Positions 23,226-31,274 of a DNA stretch of 64,000 bases are shown here, piece by piece. The notes below the pieces were generated by a model. The model was not told where the DNA came from and did no database searches. It saw only the letters and a list, made by a program, of their open reading frames with translations. The position numbers were made by a program, and so were the translations under genes. Positions within the stretch are counted from its first letter, which is position 1; every line of letters begins with the position of its first letter. Source of the DNA: Anaeromyxobacteraceae bacterium (GTDB lineage: Bacteria; Myxococcota; Myxococcia; Myxococcales; Anaeromyxobacteraceae); the NCBI GenBank assembly GCA_047602405.1, contig JASGHJ010000002.1:3264001-3328000 (forward strand). Reading direction: 5' to 3'.

Positions 23226-23460
23226 GCGCGCCGGAGGTGTGGCGGCGCGGAGGGCCCGGCGCCCGTCCCGGCCGGAGCCCGCGACACTGTGTCACCGTGG
23301 GCGGTCGGAACCGTTCATCCCGAGCGTAGGGCCCGCGCAGCGGGCCCGGAGACGAGGGACGACCGAGACACCCGCCCGGCCCCTCGACCGCGCCGCGTGC
23401 GGGCGGGCCCGCACGGCCGGAGCGGCATAGGCAGCTTTTCGCGACGGAGGGAGAACGAAC

Positions 23461-23761
23461 GTGAACTACGAAGGCAAGAGGACCGAGCAGGTGGAGAAGG
23501 GGACGGCCCGCATCCCGTCGCTGACGTTCATGGGCTTCGCCATCGGCGCGATGGTGGCGTCGGCGGCGCTCGTGCTGACCGGGCGCAAGCAGCTCGGCAA
23601 CTTCGTCGGCCAGTGGGCGCCGACGAATCCTGATCATGGGGCTCTACAACAAGGTGGCGAAGGAGATCGCCGTGCCGCAGCGCGAGGGCATGGGCGGGAA
23701 CGCGAGCTACGGGATGGGCGCGCAGACGCCGGCCCGCAGCGGCGCGCCGGCGGGCTTCTAG
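23461..23761 (+). CDS. Small membrane protein (about 99 aa); +1 frameshift at 23625-23629
   Basis: GGAGG upstream; reading GAATC as GATC gives GNFVGQWAPTILIMGLYNK...PAGF*. Confidence 0.7.
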
Positions 23762-23927
23762 CGGAGGGACTTGGCCCGCCCGGGCAGCGCCGAGGTGCAT
23801 GGAGGAAGGGCGCGGGTGAGGTAAGTACGCGCCTTCCCCGGTAAATTGACTCGCGCGGAAAGCCGGCTGTAACCTCCGGGGAACCCGCTCGCCTTCGGGC
23901 GCGCGGCCTTCGTTCCCCGGAGGTCCC

Positions 23928-24920
23928 ATGCCGTCGAGGCGCCCGCACGTCACGAAGGTCCTCGCCGCCGCCCTCGCGCTCGCCGCCCCGGCGGCCGCGC
24001 CGCGGGCGGAGCCGCTCGACCTCTCGCTCGTGAAGCTCGGGGCGCCCTCGGCCTCGGTCTGGACGAACCTGCCCGGCGTGACGGTCTCCGCCTCCGACGC
24101 GGCCCAGCTCGCGATCGACGCGAAGACCCGCTTCGCGACGCTCTCGATCGAGACCGCGCTCGCGTTCTCGTCGGCCGTCATGCAGCCCGCCTCCACGACC
24201 GGCGTCGCCGGCTGGGACCTCGCGTTCGAGGCCTCCTACGTCGGCGTGCACCCCGGCAAGATCGGCACGACGAACGCGGGCACCGCGTTCACCGCGAACG
24301 GCCCCTGGCAGACGAAGGGGCTCGTGCCGCACGAGCTCTTCCTCTCCGGCTTCCACGTGAGGAAGGCCCTCCCCTACTCGCTCGAGGTCGGCGGCCGGTT
24401 CGTCTACCTCTCGCAGTCGAACTACGGCGCGGTGCAGGGCGAGGCGAAGTGGGCCGTCGTCGAGGGCTACCAGCGCTGGCCCGACCTCGCGATCCGCGGC
24501 GCGTACACCGCGGTGCTCGGCCAGCGCGACTGGAACCTCTCGGTGCTCGAGGCCGACGTGCTCCTCTCGAAGCGCTTCGGCCTGAACGCGGTCGCGAGCG
24601 TCACGCCCTACCTCGCGGTGCGCTGGAACCGGATCACCGCCTCGAGCGAGGTCCTCGACTTCGCGCCGACCACCGCGGCGACCCCCAGCCCGACGCAGCT
24701 CTCGCAGACGCAGGCGCGCTTCCCGGAGCTGACCCCGTCGGTGCTCCGCTACACCCTCGGCGCCCGCCTCGCCGCCTCCACGCTCAGCGTCGCCCTCGAG
24801 GGCACCTACTTCGGCGCGACGACCATCGCCGGCAAGGCCACGCCCGCCGACGACGAGTACGCCGACGTGAAGCTCGCGCGCTCGATGGGCGTCGCGGGCC
24901 GGTTCGGCTGGGAGTTCTGA
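23928..24920 (+). CDS. Probable outer-membrane beta-barrel protein
   Basis: GGAGG RBS, signal peptide, alternating beta-strand pattern, C-terminal RFGWEF. Confidence 0.7.
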   Translation: MPSRRPHVTKVLAAALALAAPAAAPRAEPLDLSLVKLGAPSASVWTNLPGVTVSASDAAQLAIDAKTRFATLSIETALAFSSAVMQPASTTGVAGWDLAFEASYVGVHPGKIGTTNAGTAFTANGPWQTKGLVPHELFLSGFHVRKALPYSLEVGGRFVYLSQSNYGAVQGEAKWAVVEGYQRWPDLAIRGAYTAVLGQRDWNLSVLEADVLLSKRFGLNAVASVTPYLAVRWNRITASSEVLDFAPTTAATPSPTQLSQTQARFPELTPSVLRYTLGARLAASTLSVALEGTYFGATTIAGKATPADDEYADVKLARSMGVAGRFGWEF

Positions 24921-24924
24921 GTTT

Positions 24925-25037
24925 CGAGGGGGCCGTAGGCCCCCTCCCCGCCGAGCGAAGCTCGTCGGGGCCCCACCCTGGATCTGCTCCGCCTGCGCGC
25001 CGGGCCGCTTCGCGGGCCGGCGCTTCGGCTTCGCAGG
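24925..25037. repeat. Cluster of GC-rich hairpins between convergent genes (REP-like or terminator)
   Basis: GAGGGGGCC-gta-GGCCCCCTC, CCCCGCCGAGC-gaa-GCTCGTCGGGG and a further stem with TTCG loops. Confidence 0.5.
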
Positions 25038-25056
25038 GATCGGCGCGGGAGCGCGG

Positions 25057-25830
25057 CTAGCGCGCGAGCGCCGCGAGCGCCTTCCCGGGCGCGTTCGTGA
25101 TCACCGAGGTCGCGCCGAGCGCGGCGAGGCGGCGGAGCTCGTCCTCGCCGTCGACCGTCCAGACGTTCACGCCGAGGCCGCGGGCGCGCCAGGTGGCCAT
25201 CCGCTCCGGGGTGACGAGCGCGCGGTCGGGGTGCACGGCGGCGGGCGCGAGGAGCCGGAGCCCGAGCGCGAGCCGGAGGGGCCAGAGGCGGGAGCCCTCG
25301 AGCAGGAGGCCCACCGGGATCTCCGGCGACGCCCGCCGGAAGGCCGCCACGAGCCACCAGTCGAACGACGACACGATCACCCGGTCCGCCGCGCGGGCCG
25401 CGCGGATCACCTCGGCCGCGGCCGGCGCCGCCTCGAGGTCGCTCCTGCCCCGGGACTTGAGCTCCACGTTCACGAACGCGCCCGGGAGCGCCTCGAACAC
25501 CTCCTCGAGCCGCGGCACCCGCTCGCCCGCGAACCGCGGCCCTTTCCACCCTCCCGCGTCGAGCGCGCGCAGCTCCCTGAAGCTCGAGCCGGGCACCGAG
25601 AGCGGCGCGCCGCCGGTGCGCCGCATGTCCTCGTCGTGCACGACCACGAGCTCGCCCGTGGCGCAGCGCCAGACGTCGAGCTCCACGCCGTCCGCCCCCT
25701 GCTCCATCGCGAGCCGGAACGCCGCCAGCGTGTTCTCCGGGGCGTCCGCGCTGGCGCCGCGGTGGCCGAGCACCCGCGGACGGCCGTGGCGCGCGGGGGC
25801 GCCGCCCGCTATCCTGGGGTCACTCGCCAT
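25057..25830 (-). CDS. Glycerophosphodiester phosphodiesterase
   Basis: GHRGASADAPENTLAAF, GVELDV, NVELK, VWTVD. Confidence 0.93.
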   Translation of the reverse strand: MASDPRIAGGAPARHGRPRVLGHRGASADAPENTLAAFRLAMEQGADGVELDVWRCATGELVVVHDEDMRRTGGAPLSVPGSSFRELRALDAGGWKGPRFAGERVPRLEEVFEALPGAFVNVELKSRGRSDLEAAPAAAEVIRAARAADRVIVSSFDWWLVAAFRRASPEIPVGLLLEGSRLWPLRLALGLRLLAPAAVHPDRALVTPERMATWRARGLGVNVWTVDGEDELRRLAALGATSVITNAPGKALAALAR

Positions 25831-26716
25831 GCTCGACATCGGGCTCATCGTCCTGTTCGTGGCCGCCCTGGTCCTCGTCCCGCTGCGGATCCCCGCCGCG
25901 GGCGACGCGATCGGTCGGTTCTTCGACCGCCGCCGGGCCCGCGGCGGCGCCCGGCCGCCCGGCGAGGGCTGACCGGCGGCCCTGCCGCAGGCGCAGCGCG
26001 AACCCGCGCACGAGCGGGTGCACCGCGGGGTCCCGGCCGACGTCGTGCAGGTCCGCGGACGAGAGCGCCGGGACGAGCTTCACCGCGATCTCCGGCTCCG
26101 CGTAGGGGTTGCGCACCACCGCCATCGCGACCGCGGGGCGGGTCCGCCACCGCGACTCGAAGATGCAGCGGAGCGTCGCCGGCCGGCACGGCCGCCGGGC
26201 GCCGATGCGGACCACGAACGCCTCGGTGAGGAGCGGGTTGCGGAGCAGCTCGCGCACCACGACCGGCTCGCCCTCGGCCGCGAGCCGGGCGAGGAGGTCG
26301 GGATCGCGGTGCGAGCGCGCGAAGGCCTTCTTGTGCCCGAGGGTGAGCTTCGCGAGCCGCTGGTCGGCCTTGTCGCGCGGCTCCTCGTACACCTTGAGCG
26401 GCGGCGGCGTGAGGAGGAGCGCCATCACCTCGGCGGCGCCGTCCTCCTGGGCCGCCGAGTAGAGGTCGGCGCGCCAGAGGTACGGGAGCTCCGGCTCGGG
26501 ATCCGCGAGCGCCTGCGCCACCGCGGAGAGCGCGACGCGCGCGTCCACCGCCTCCTCCCGGATGAGCGCCGCGACGACGCGGAGCCCGTCGCGTGGCGGC
26601 AACGCGCCGAGCGCCCGCGCCGCGGCGCGGGCCCGGATCCGGCCCTCCTCCAGCGCGGCGAGCCGCCGGGCGAGCGTCCGGGCCGCCTCGCCCGGGTCGC
26701 CGGCGGCGAGCGTCAC
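25820..26716 (-). CDS. Hypothetical helical-repeat protein
   Basis: GTGA overlap with upstream gene; LTLGHKKAFAR, ELLRNPLLTE, VVRNPY repeats. Confidence 0.7.
   Translation of the reverse strand: MTLAAGDPGEAARTLARRLAALEEGRIRARAAARALGALPPRDGLRVVAALIREEAVDARVALSAVAQALADPEPELPYLWRADLYSAAQEDGAAEVMALLLTPPPLKVYEEPRDKADQRLAKLTLGHKKAFARSHRDPDLLARLAAEGEPVVVRELLRNPLLTEAFVVRIGARRPCRPATLRCIFESRWRTRPAVAMAVVRNPYAEPEIAVKLVPALSSADLHDVGRDPAVHPLVRGFALRLRQGRRSALAGRPGAAAGPAAVEEPTDRVARGGDPQRDEDQGGHEQDDEPDVEHGE
25829..25972 (+). CDS. 47-aa TatA/E-like small membrane protein
   Basis: MLDIGLIVLFVAALVLVPLRIPAAGDAIGRFF: TM helix, Pro hinge, amphipathic helix; near-complete GC3. Confidence 0.5.
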   Translation: MLDIGLIVLFVAALVLVPLRIPAAGDAIGRFFDRRRARGGARPPGEG

Positions 26717-28287
26717 GGACCGCCCCCCGGCGCACCCTCCGCCACCGAGAGGCGCAGCGCGGCGCCCTCGACGTCGCGCGGGTAGTCGGCGATGGCCACG
26801 AGGAACGGCACCTCCTCGCCGGGCTTCACCTGGGTGGGCGCCCTCGCCTCGGCGGCCCGCGAGATCCCGGCGAGCGCGGCCGCGTCCGGGACGGCGTAGA
26901 GCTCCTCGGGCGTCGGCACCGCGCCTGCCAGCGCCCGGCCGCGCGCGACGACCTCCCCGCGCAGCACGACCTCGACGTTCACGGCGAGCGCCCGCACCGG
27001 CGCGGCCGCCCGCGACACCGCCCGGCCCCGCACGAACAGGAGCGGCGGCCCCTTCGCGCGCTCGTAGGCCCCGCTCGTCACCTCGACGACGGCGAACGTG
27101 CCGAGGGGCTTGCCGCCGAGGGCGCGCAGCACCGCGGAGGGCCGGAGCGCGCCGGGCTCGAGCTTGCCGCGCGTGCGGACGAGCACGAGGAGCGCCGTCG
27201 CGAGCAGCACGAGCACGACGAGCGCGGCGGCGTTGAGGAGGATCTTGCGGATGCGGGAGGCGCGGCGGAGCCGCGGGAGCTTCTGCGCGATGGTGCGCGC
27301 CGCGAGCTCGGCGTCGCGCTCGTTCGCCTCCGGCGCCCGGACCCGCCCGCGGGCGGGCGCGGGGGGCGGCGGCGCGAGCATGGGCTCCGGCGCGAGGGCG
27401 GCGGTGCCGTGGACCGGGGTCGGGACCTCCGAGGGCAGCGGCAGGCCCGGGGGCGGCTCGGTCGTCTCGGTGGCGAGCTTGAGGGCCGCGTCGTCGGGGC
27501 CCGCGTAGAAGGACTGCTCCTGGCGGCTGCTCGCCACGGCGGCCGCCACGTTCACCTCGGCGGCCTCGGTCGCGGCCTCGAGCGCGGTCACCCGCGGGCG
27601 CGGCGCGGCCCGCGCGTCGAGCGCGAAGTCGGGGTCGGAGGCCTCGCCCTCCGGTGGCGGCGGGGGCGGAGGCTCGACCATCCCGCCCATGAGGTCCGAG
27701 AGGTCGGTGACCGGCAGCTGGGTCGGGGAGGCGATGGGCGGGGGGGTCGGCGCCATCGGCTCCGGGCCGGGGGGGCCGAGCGCGAACGGGTCCGGATCCC
27801 CGCCGTGCGGCATGCCGTGGCCGCCGAAGAAGTCCGGAGGCGGCGCGGGGGGCGCCATCACCGCGGCGAACGGGTCGGCGTCGGCCGCGTGCCCCACCGG
27901 CGCCTCGGCCGCCGCGGCCGCGGCGAACGGATCCTCGAGCGACGGAACGGAGGGAGGAGGGGCGCCGGACGACGCGAACGGGTCGGCCCCGCCGAACGGG
28001 TCGGGGGCGGCGTGGAAGTCCGCCCCCATGGTCGAGGCCTCGGAGCGTCCGGGCTCGAGGTCGATCTCGAAGGCTCCGCGGGGCTGGGCCTCCGGCGCGG
28101 GGGGCGGCGGCGCCTCGCGGGGCTCGGGCGTGCCCGGAGGCGCGGCCTCGATCGGCACGGAGCCCAGGTCCCGATGGACGAGGAAGACGGTCTGGCAGCG
28201 CGAACAGCGGACCTTCGCGCCGCGCGGACCGACGCGCTCGTCGGCCACCCGGAACTTCGCCTGGCATCGCGTGCAGACGACGATCAT
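26713..28287 (-). CDS. MJ0042-type zinc-ribbon protein with Pro-rich linker, TM helix and DUF3426-like C-terminus
   Basis: CTRC...KVRCSRC at N-terminus; DPF repeats; single TM. Confidence 0.85.
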   Translation of the reverse strand: MIVVCTRCQAKFRVADERVGPRGAKVRCSRCQTVFLVHRDLGSVPIEAAPPGTPEPREAPPPPAPEAQPRGAFEIDLEPGRSEASTMGADFHAAPDPFGGADPFASSGAPPPSVPSLEDPFAAAAAAEAPVGHAADADPFAAVMAPPAPPPDFFGGHGMPHGGDPDPFALGPPGPEPMAPTPPPIASPTQLPVTDLSDLMGGMVEPPPPPPPEGEASDPDFALDARAAPRPRVTALEAATEAAEVNVAAAVASSRQEQSFYAGPDDAALKLATETTEPPPGLPLPSEVPTPVHGTAALAPEPMLAPPPPAPARGRVRAPEANERDAELAARTIAQKLPRLRRASRIRKILLNAAALVVLVLLATALLVLVRTRGKLEPGALRPSAVLRALGGKPLGTFAVVEVTSGAYERAKGPPLLFVRGRAVSRAAAPVRALAVNVEVVLRGEVVARGRALAGAVPTPEELYAVPDAAALAGISRAAEARAPTQVKPGEEVPFLVAIADYPRDVEGAALRLSVAEGAPGGGP

Positions 28288-28408
28288 TCGTTCGACCGGC
28301 CGCTCGGGCCTGGTTCGCGGAGACTACACGACGGACGTCTTGACACCAAGCGCCAGCCCCTCAACAATCCCGTGCTATCGCGCACTTGGACTTCACCTCG
28401 GAGACCCC

Positions 28409-29008
28409 ATGACCGAAGAGAGCGCTCCCGTCGCCGACTCCGAAGCGCCCGCCCCCGCGCGCGAGCCGAAGATCATCAAGCGGTACACGAACCGCAAGCT
28501 CTACGACACGGTCGAGTCGCGCTACGTCACGCTCGACGAGATCGCCGAGATGATCAAGGCGGGCGCCGAGGTGAAGGTCATCGACAACCGGACGAAGGAC
28601 GACCTCACGTCCGTCACGCTCGCGCAGATCATCTTCGAGGAGGAGAAGAAGACCTCGAAGATGAGCCTCGAGACGCTGCGGGACCTCATCCGCTACGGCG
28701 GCGAGGTCGCCCAGCGGCTCGTCGAGGGCGCGCGCGGCGACCTGCGCGGCAAGGTCGAGGCCGTCCGCGCCGTCGCCGAGCACCAGCTCGGCACGCTGCT
28801 CGAGCGGGGCGTCGCCACCGGCGACCGGGCGAAGGAGCTCGTCACCGCCTCGCAGGAGGCCGTCGCCGCCGTGCAGAAGCGGATCGACGAGCGCGTCCGC
28901 TCCGCCATCGAGGGCGTCTCCAGCATGGGCGACGCCCGCCGGCAGATTGAGGAGATGGCGAAGCGGATCGAGGAGCTCGAGAAGCGCCTCGACGAGCGGA
29001 AGGAGTAG
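28409..29008 (+). CDS. PhaR-like PHA synthesis regulator (DNA-binding domain plus coiled coil)
   Basis: IIKRYTNRKLYDTVESRYVTL...DDLTSVTLAQII. Confidence 0.88.
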   Translation: MTEESAPVADSEAPAPAREPKIIKRYTNRKLYDTVESRYVTLDEIAEMIKAGAEVKVIDNRTKDDLTSVTLAQIIFEEEKKTSKMSLETLRDLIRYGGEVAQRLVEGARGDLRGKVEAVRAVAEHQLGTLLERGVATGDRAKELVTASQEAVAAVQKRIDERVRSAIEGVSSMGDARRQIEEMAKRIEELEKRLDERKE

Positions 29009-29042
29009 TTCCTCGCGGTCACTCCAGCGCTGTTGGCCGACG

Positions 29043-29162
29043 GTGTCCGTGGGGGCTCGACGCGCCCCCCGCAGTTCTGTCGGCGAACGTGTCCGTGGGG
29101 GCTCGACGCGCCCCCGCAGTTCTGACGGCGAACGTGTCCGTGGGGGCTCGACGCGCCCCCGC
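29043..29162 (+). repeat. Tandem repeat of a 45-46 bp unit, about 2.6 copies, with internal hairpin
   Basis: GTGTCCGTGGGGGCTCGACGCGCCCCC(C)GCAGTTCTGWCGGCGAAC at 29043, 29089 and partially at 29134. Confidence 0.9.
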
Positions 29163-29940
29163 GACGCCGGCCGGCTGCGTCGGTCCGTGTATGGTACAGA
29201 CGCCCGGGACCGGGGCCGCTGCGATCGTCGAGGCCGCGGCAGGCCTGCGGTTGAGTTGCGCGTGACGGCACAGCGCGCTTCGCGCGCCATGCCGTCACAC
29301 GCCCACATCCCTTGGCCTGCATTCGCTGGGATCCTGGAGACGTGGAGAGCCCGACCTCCGCCGGCCGGCGCTGCGGGGGCACGTCTCGCCTTCGGACGGA
29401 TTTGAACTGCGGCCGGCCGTGGATGCCGGGTGCAAGTGCGGAACTGACGGTGAAGAGTGCGGTGAACGGTGGGAAGCCGTGTTGGAGGGTCGCCGGTCCG
29501 CGCTTTCGCGCTCACAGCCGCCTCACCAGCTCACGCGCCTCACGCGCCTCACGCGCCTCACCGCCTCGCCCTCTCCGCCCTCACCGCCCTCCACCGCCCT
29601 CCACCGCCCTCCACCGCCCTCACCGTCAGTTCATCACCTGCACCTCGCAACTTCGGCCGCCGACCATTCTCCACCCCCGAGAGCCAAACGGGCCTCCGCA
29701 GCAGCGCGCAGCGAGCGACGGGCGAGGTACCGTCACCACATCTCGCATTGCAGGCCAAGGAACCATCGCGCGGGGACGGCGCTGCGCGCGAAGCGCGCGA
29801 CGCCGTCACGCGCACATGGTCCGCAGGCCTGCTGCGCGATCACCGCCGTGGAACAGCCCCGGTTCCGGCGATCCGTTCCGTCTCAAACCCGTCCGAGCAA
29901 GCGCTGTCGCGGAGGCCCGTTTGGCTCCCACGGACACGTA
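29134..29940. repeat. Inverted pair of ~250-nt structured elements enclosing a second inverted repeat
   Basis: Mirror matches: GCAGGCCTGCGG, GCGCGTGACGGC, GCGCGCTTCGCGCGC, CCTTGGCCTGCA, ACGTGTCCGTGGG; inner perfect 13-bp IR at 29441-29453 and 29620-29632. Confidence 0.85.
29520..29625 (+). repeat. Simple tandem repeats (CTCACGCGC)n and (CCACCGCCCT)n
   Basis: About 3 copies of the 9-mer and 4 of the 10-mer, read directly. Confidence 0.8.
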
Positions 29941-30000
29941 TGCCCGACGTCCTTCGACTACGGCCTGCCTGCGGCAGGCCTACGCTCAGGACGAACGGAG

Positions 30001-30102
30001 CGACCCGGACCCGGACCAGGACCAGGATCCGGACCGGGAACGGGACCGAGAACGGGACCGGGAGCGGGAACGGGACAGGGATCGGGTACGGGTACGGGTA
30101 CG
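30001..30102. repeat. Degenerate hexamer array (GGACCN / GGGAAC / GGGTAC)
   Basis: About 16 in-register hexamers immediately after the parA stop. Confidence 0.8.
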
Positions 30103-30112
30103 TAGCGGCGGC

Positions 30113-30889
30113 TCAGGCCGCCCGCTCCGCGCGCCCGGCCCGGTCGATCTCGGCCGCGATGGCCGCGAGCTCCTTCGCGCCGCTCGAGCGGGGGGCGTGC
30201 TCGAAGATGGTGCGCCCGTGGCTCTGGGCCTCGTCGATCTTCACCGACCACCCCAGGACCGTGCGGGCCAGCTTGGTGGGGAAGTGCTGGCGGAGCTTCT
30301 CGAGGATCTCGGCCGCGAGCTGGGTGCGGCGGCTGAGGGTCGGGACGACGAGGGCGAGCTCGGGCGCCGTGCCCCGCTCCTCCCGGAGGGCCTCGAGGCT
30401 CCGCACGATCTCGGCGCAGCCGTCGAGCGCGAGGTAGGTGAGCGCCACCGGCACGACGAGCTCGCGCGCGCCCACGAGGACGTTCTCGGTGACGAGCGAG
30501 ACCGAGGGCGGCGCGTCCACGAGCACGTAGTCCCACCGGCCCGCCGGCAGCGCGTCGAGGCGGCGGTCGAGCCGGTCGGCGCGGTCCGGCGCGGAGGCGA
30601 GCGCGACCGGGAGCGCCGCGAGCTCCTTGTTGGCGGGGGCGAGCTCGAGCCGCTCGATCGCGGTGGGCCGGGCCACCTCGCCGATCGGGGCGGTGCCCAC
30701 CAGCCACTCGAACACGGTGGGCCTGAGGCCGCGGACGTCCACGCCGAGCGACTTCCCCGCGTGGCCCTGGGTGTCCATGTCCACGACCAGCACGCGGTGC
30801 CCGCGCCCGGCGAGCCACGCCGCCACGTTCACGCAGAGCGTGGTCTTGCAGGTGCCGCCCTTCTCGTTGACGAAGGCGATGCGCCGCAC
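30113..30889 (-). CDS. Orphan ParA/Soj family ATPase
   Basis: NEKGGTCKTT deviant Walker A, VDMDTQG, DAPPS; no parB in window. Confidence 0.92.
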   Translation of the reverse strand: MRRIAFVNEKGGTCKTTLCVNVAAWLAGRGHRVLVVDMDTQGHAGKSLGVDVRGLRPTVFEWLVGTAPIGEVARPTAIERLELAPANKELAALPVALASAPDRADRLDRRLDALPAGRWDYVLVDAPPSVSLVTENVLVGARELVVPVALTYLALDGCAEIVRSLEALREERGTAPELALVVPTLSRRTQLAAEILEKLRQHFPTKLARTVLGWSVKIDEAQSHGRTIFEHAPRSSGAKELAAIAAEIDRAGRAERAA

Positions 30890-30899
30890 GGGAGGGCGC

Positions 30900-31244
30900 C
30901 TAGCGATCGACCGGGTCGTCCTCGCCGGTCCGCGGCGCGGGGGCGCGCCGGACCTGCTCGGACATGCCGTCGATCATCGACTCGAGCTCGTCGAGCCGCT
31001 GCCGCAGCGCCTCGACGTCCTCCTGGGACGGGAGCCGCGCCGCCTGGATGGCCTTCTGGAGCCCGCCCTCGACGGTGCGGCGGGCCTGGAGCGCGCCGCT
31101 CACGAGCGTGCTCACGCCGGTGGTCAGGGTCGGGCTCGCGAGCAGCTTCCCCACGACCTTGCCCACCCCGTCCTCGCCGGCGGCGAGCGCGCGGCGGAGC
31201 AGCGGATTCGAGAGCACGTCCGACAGCGGCATGTGTGGACTCAT
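30900..31244 (-). CDS. Small amphipathic coiled-coil protein, phasin-like
   Basis: RLPSQEDVEALRQRLDELE resembles the LPT/S..DV..L..RL tail of granule-associated proteins; co-oriented with parA. Confidence 0.6.
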   Translation of the reverse strand: MSPHMPLSDVLSNPLLRRALAAGEDGVGKVVGKLLASPTLTTGVSTLVSGALQARRTVEGGLQKAIQAARLPSQEDVEALRQRLDELESMIDGMSEQVRRAPAPRTGEDDPVDR

Positions 31245-31274
31245 CCCCTCCCCGGGGTTAGCTTGTCAAGCCTC

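Noticed and set aside
23761..23800. GCGGAGGGACTTGGCCC resembles a SAM-I riboswitch core
   Set aside because: Lacks the upstream ATCNAGAG and downstream GCAACC elements, directly follows a stop codon, and the next gene is unrelated to sulfur metabolism
29043..29162. Possible CRISPR array
   Set aside because: Intervening sequences are nearly identical rather than unique spacers, there are only three units, and no cas genes are present
29312..30437. ORFs across the 29-30 kb intergenic region, including DRDRERER-type repeats
   Set aside because: Low-complexity translations of the DNA repeats with atypical codon usage and no RBS
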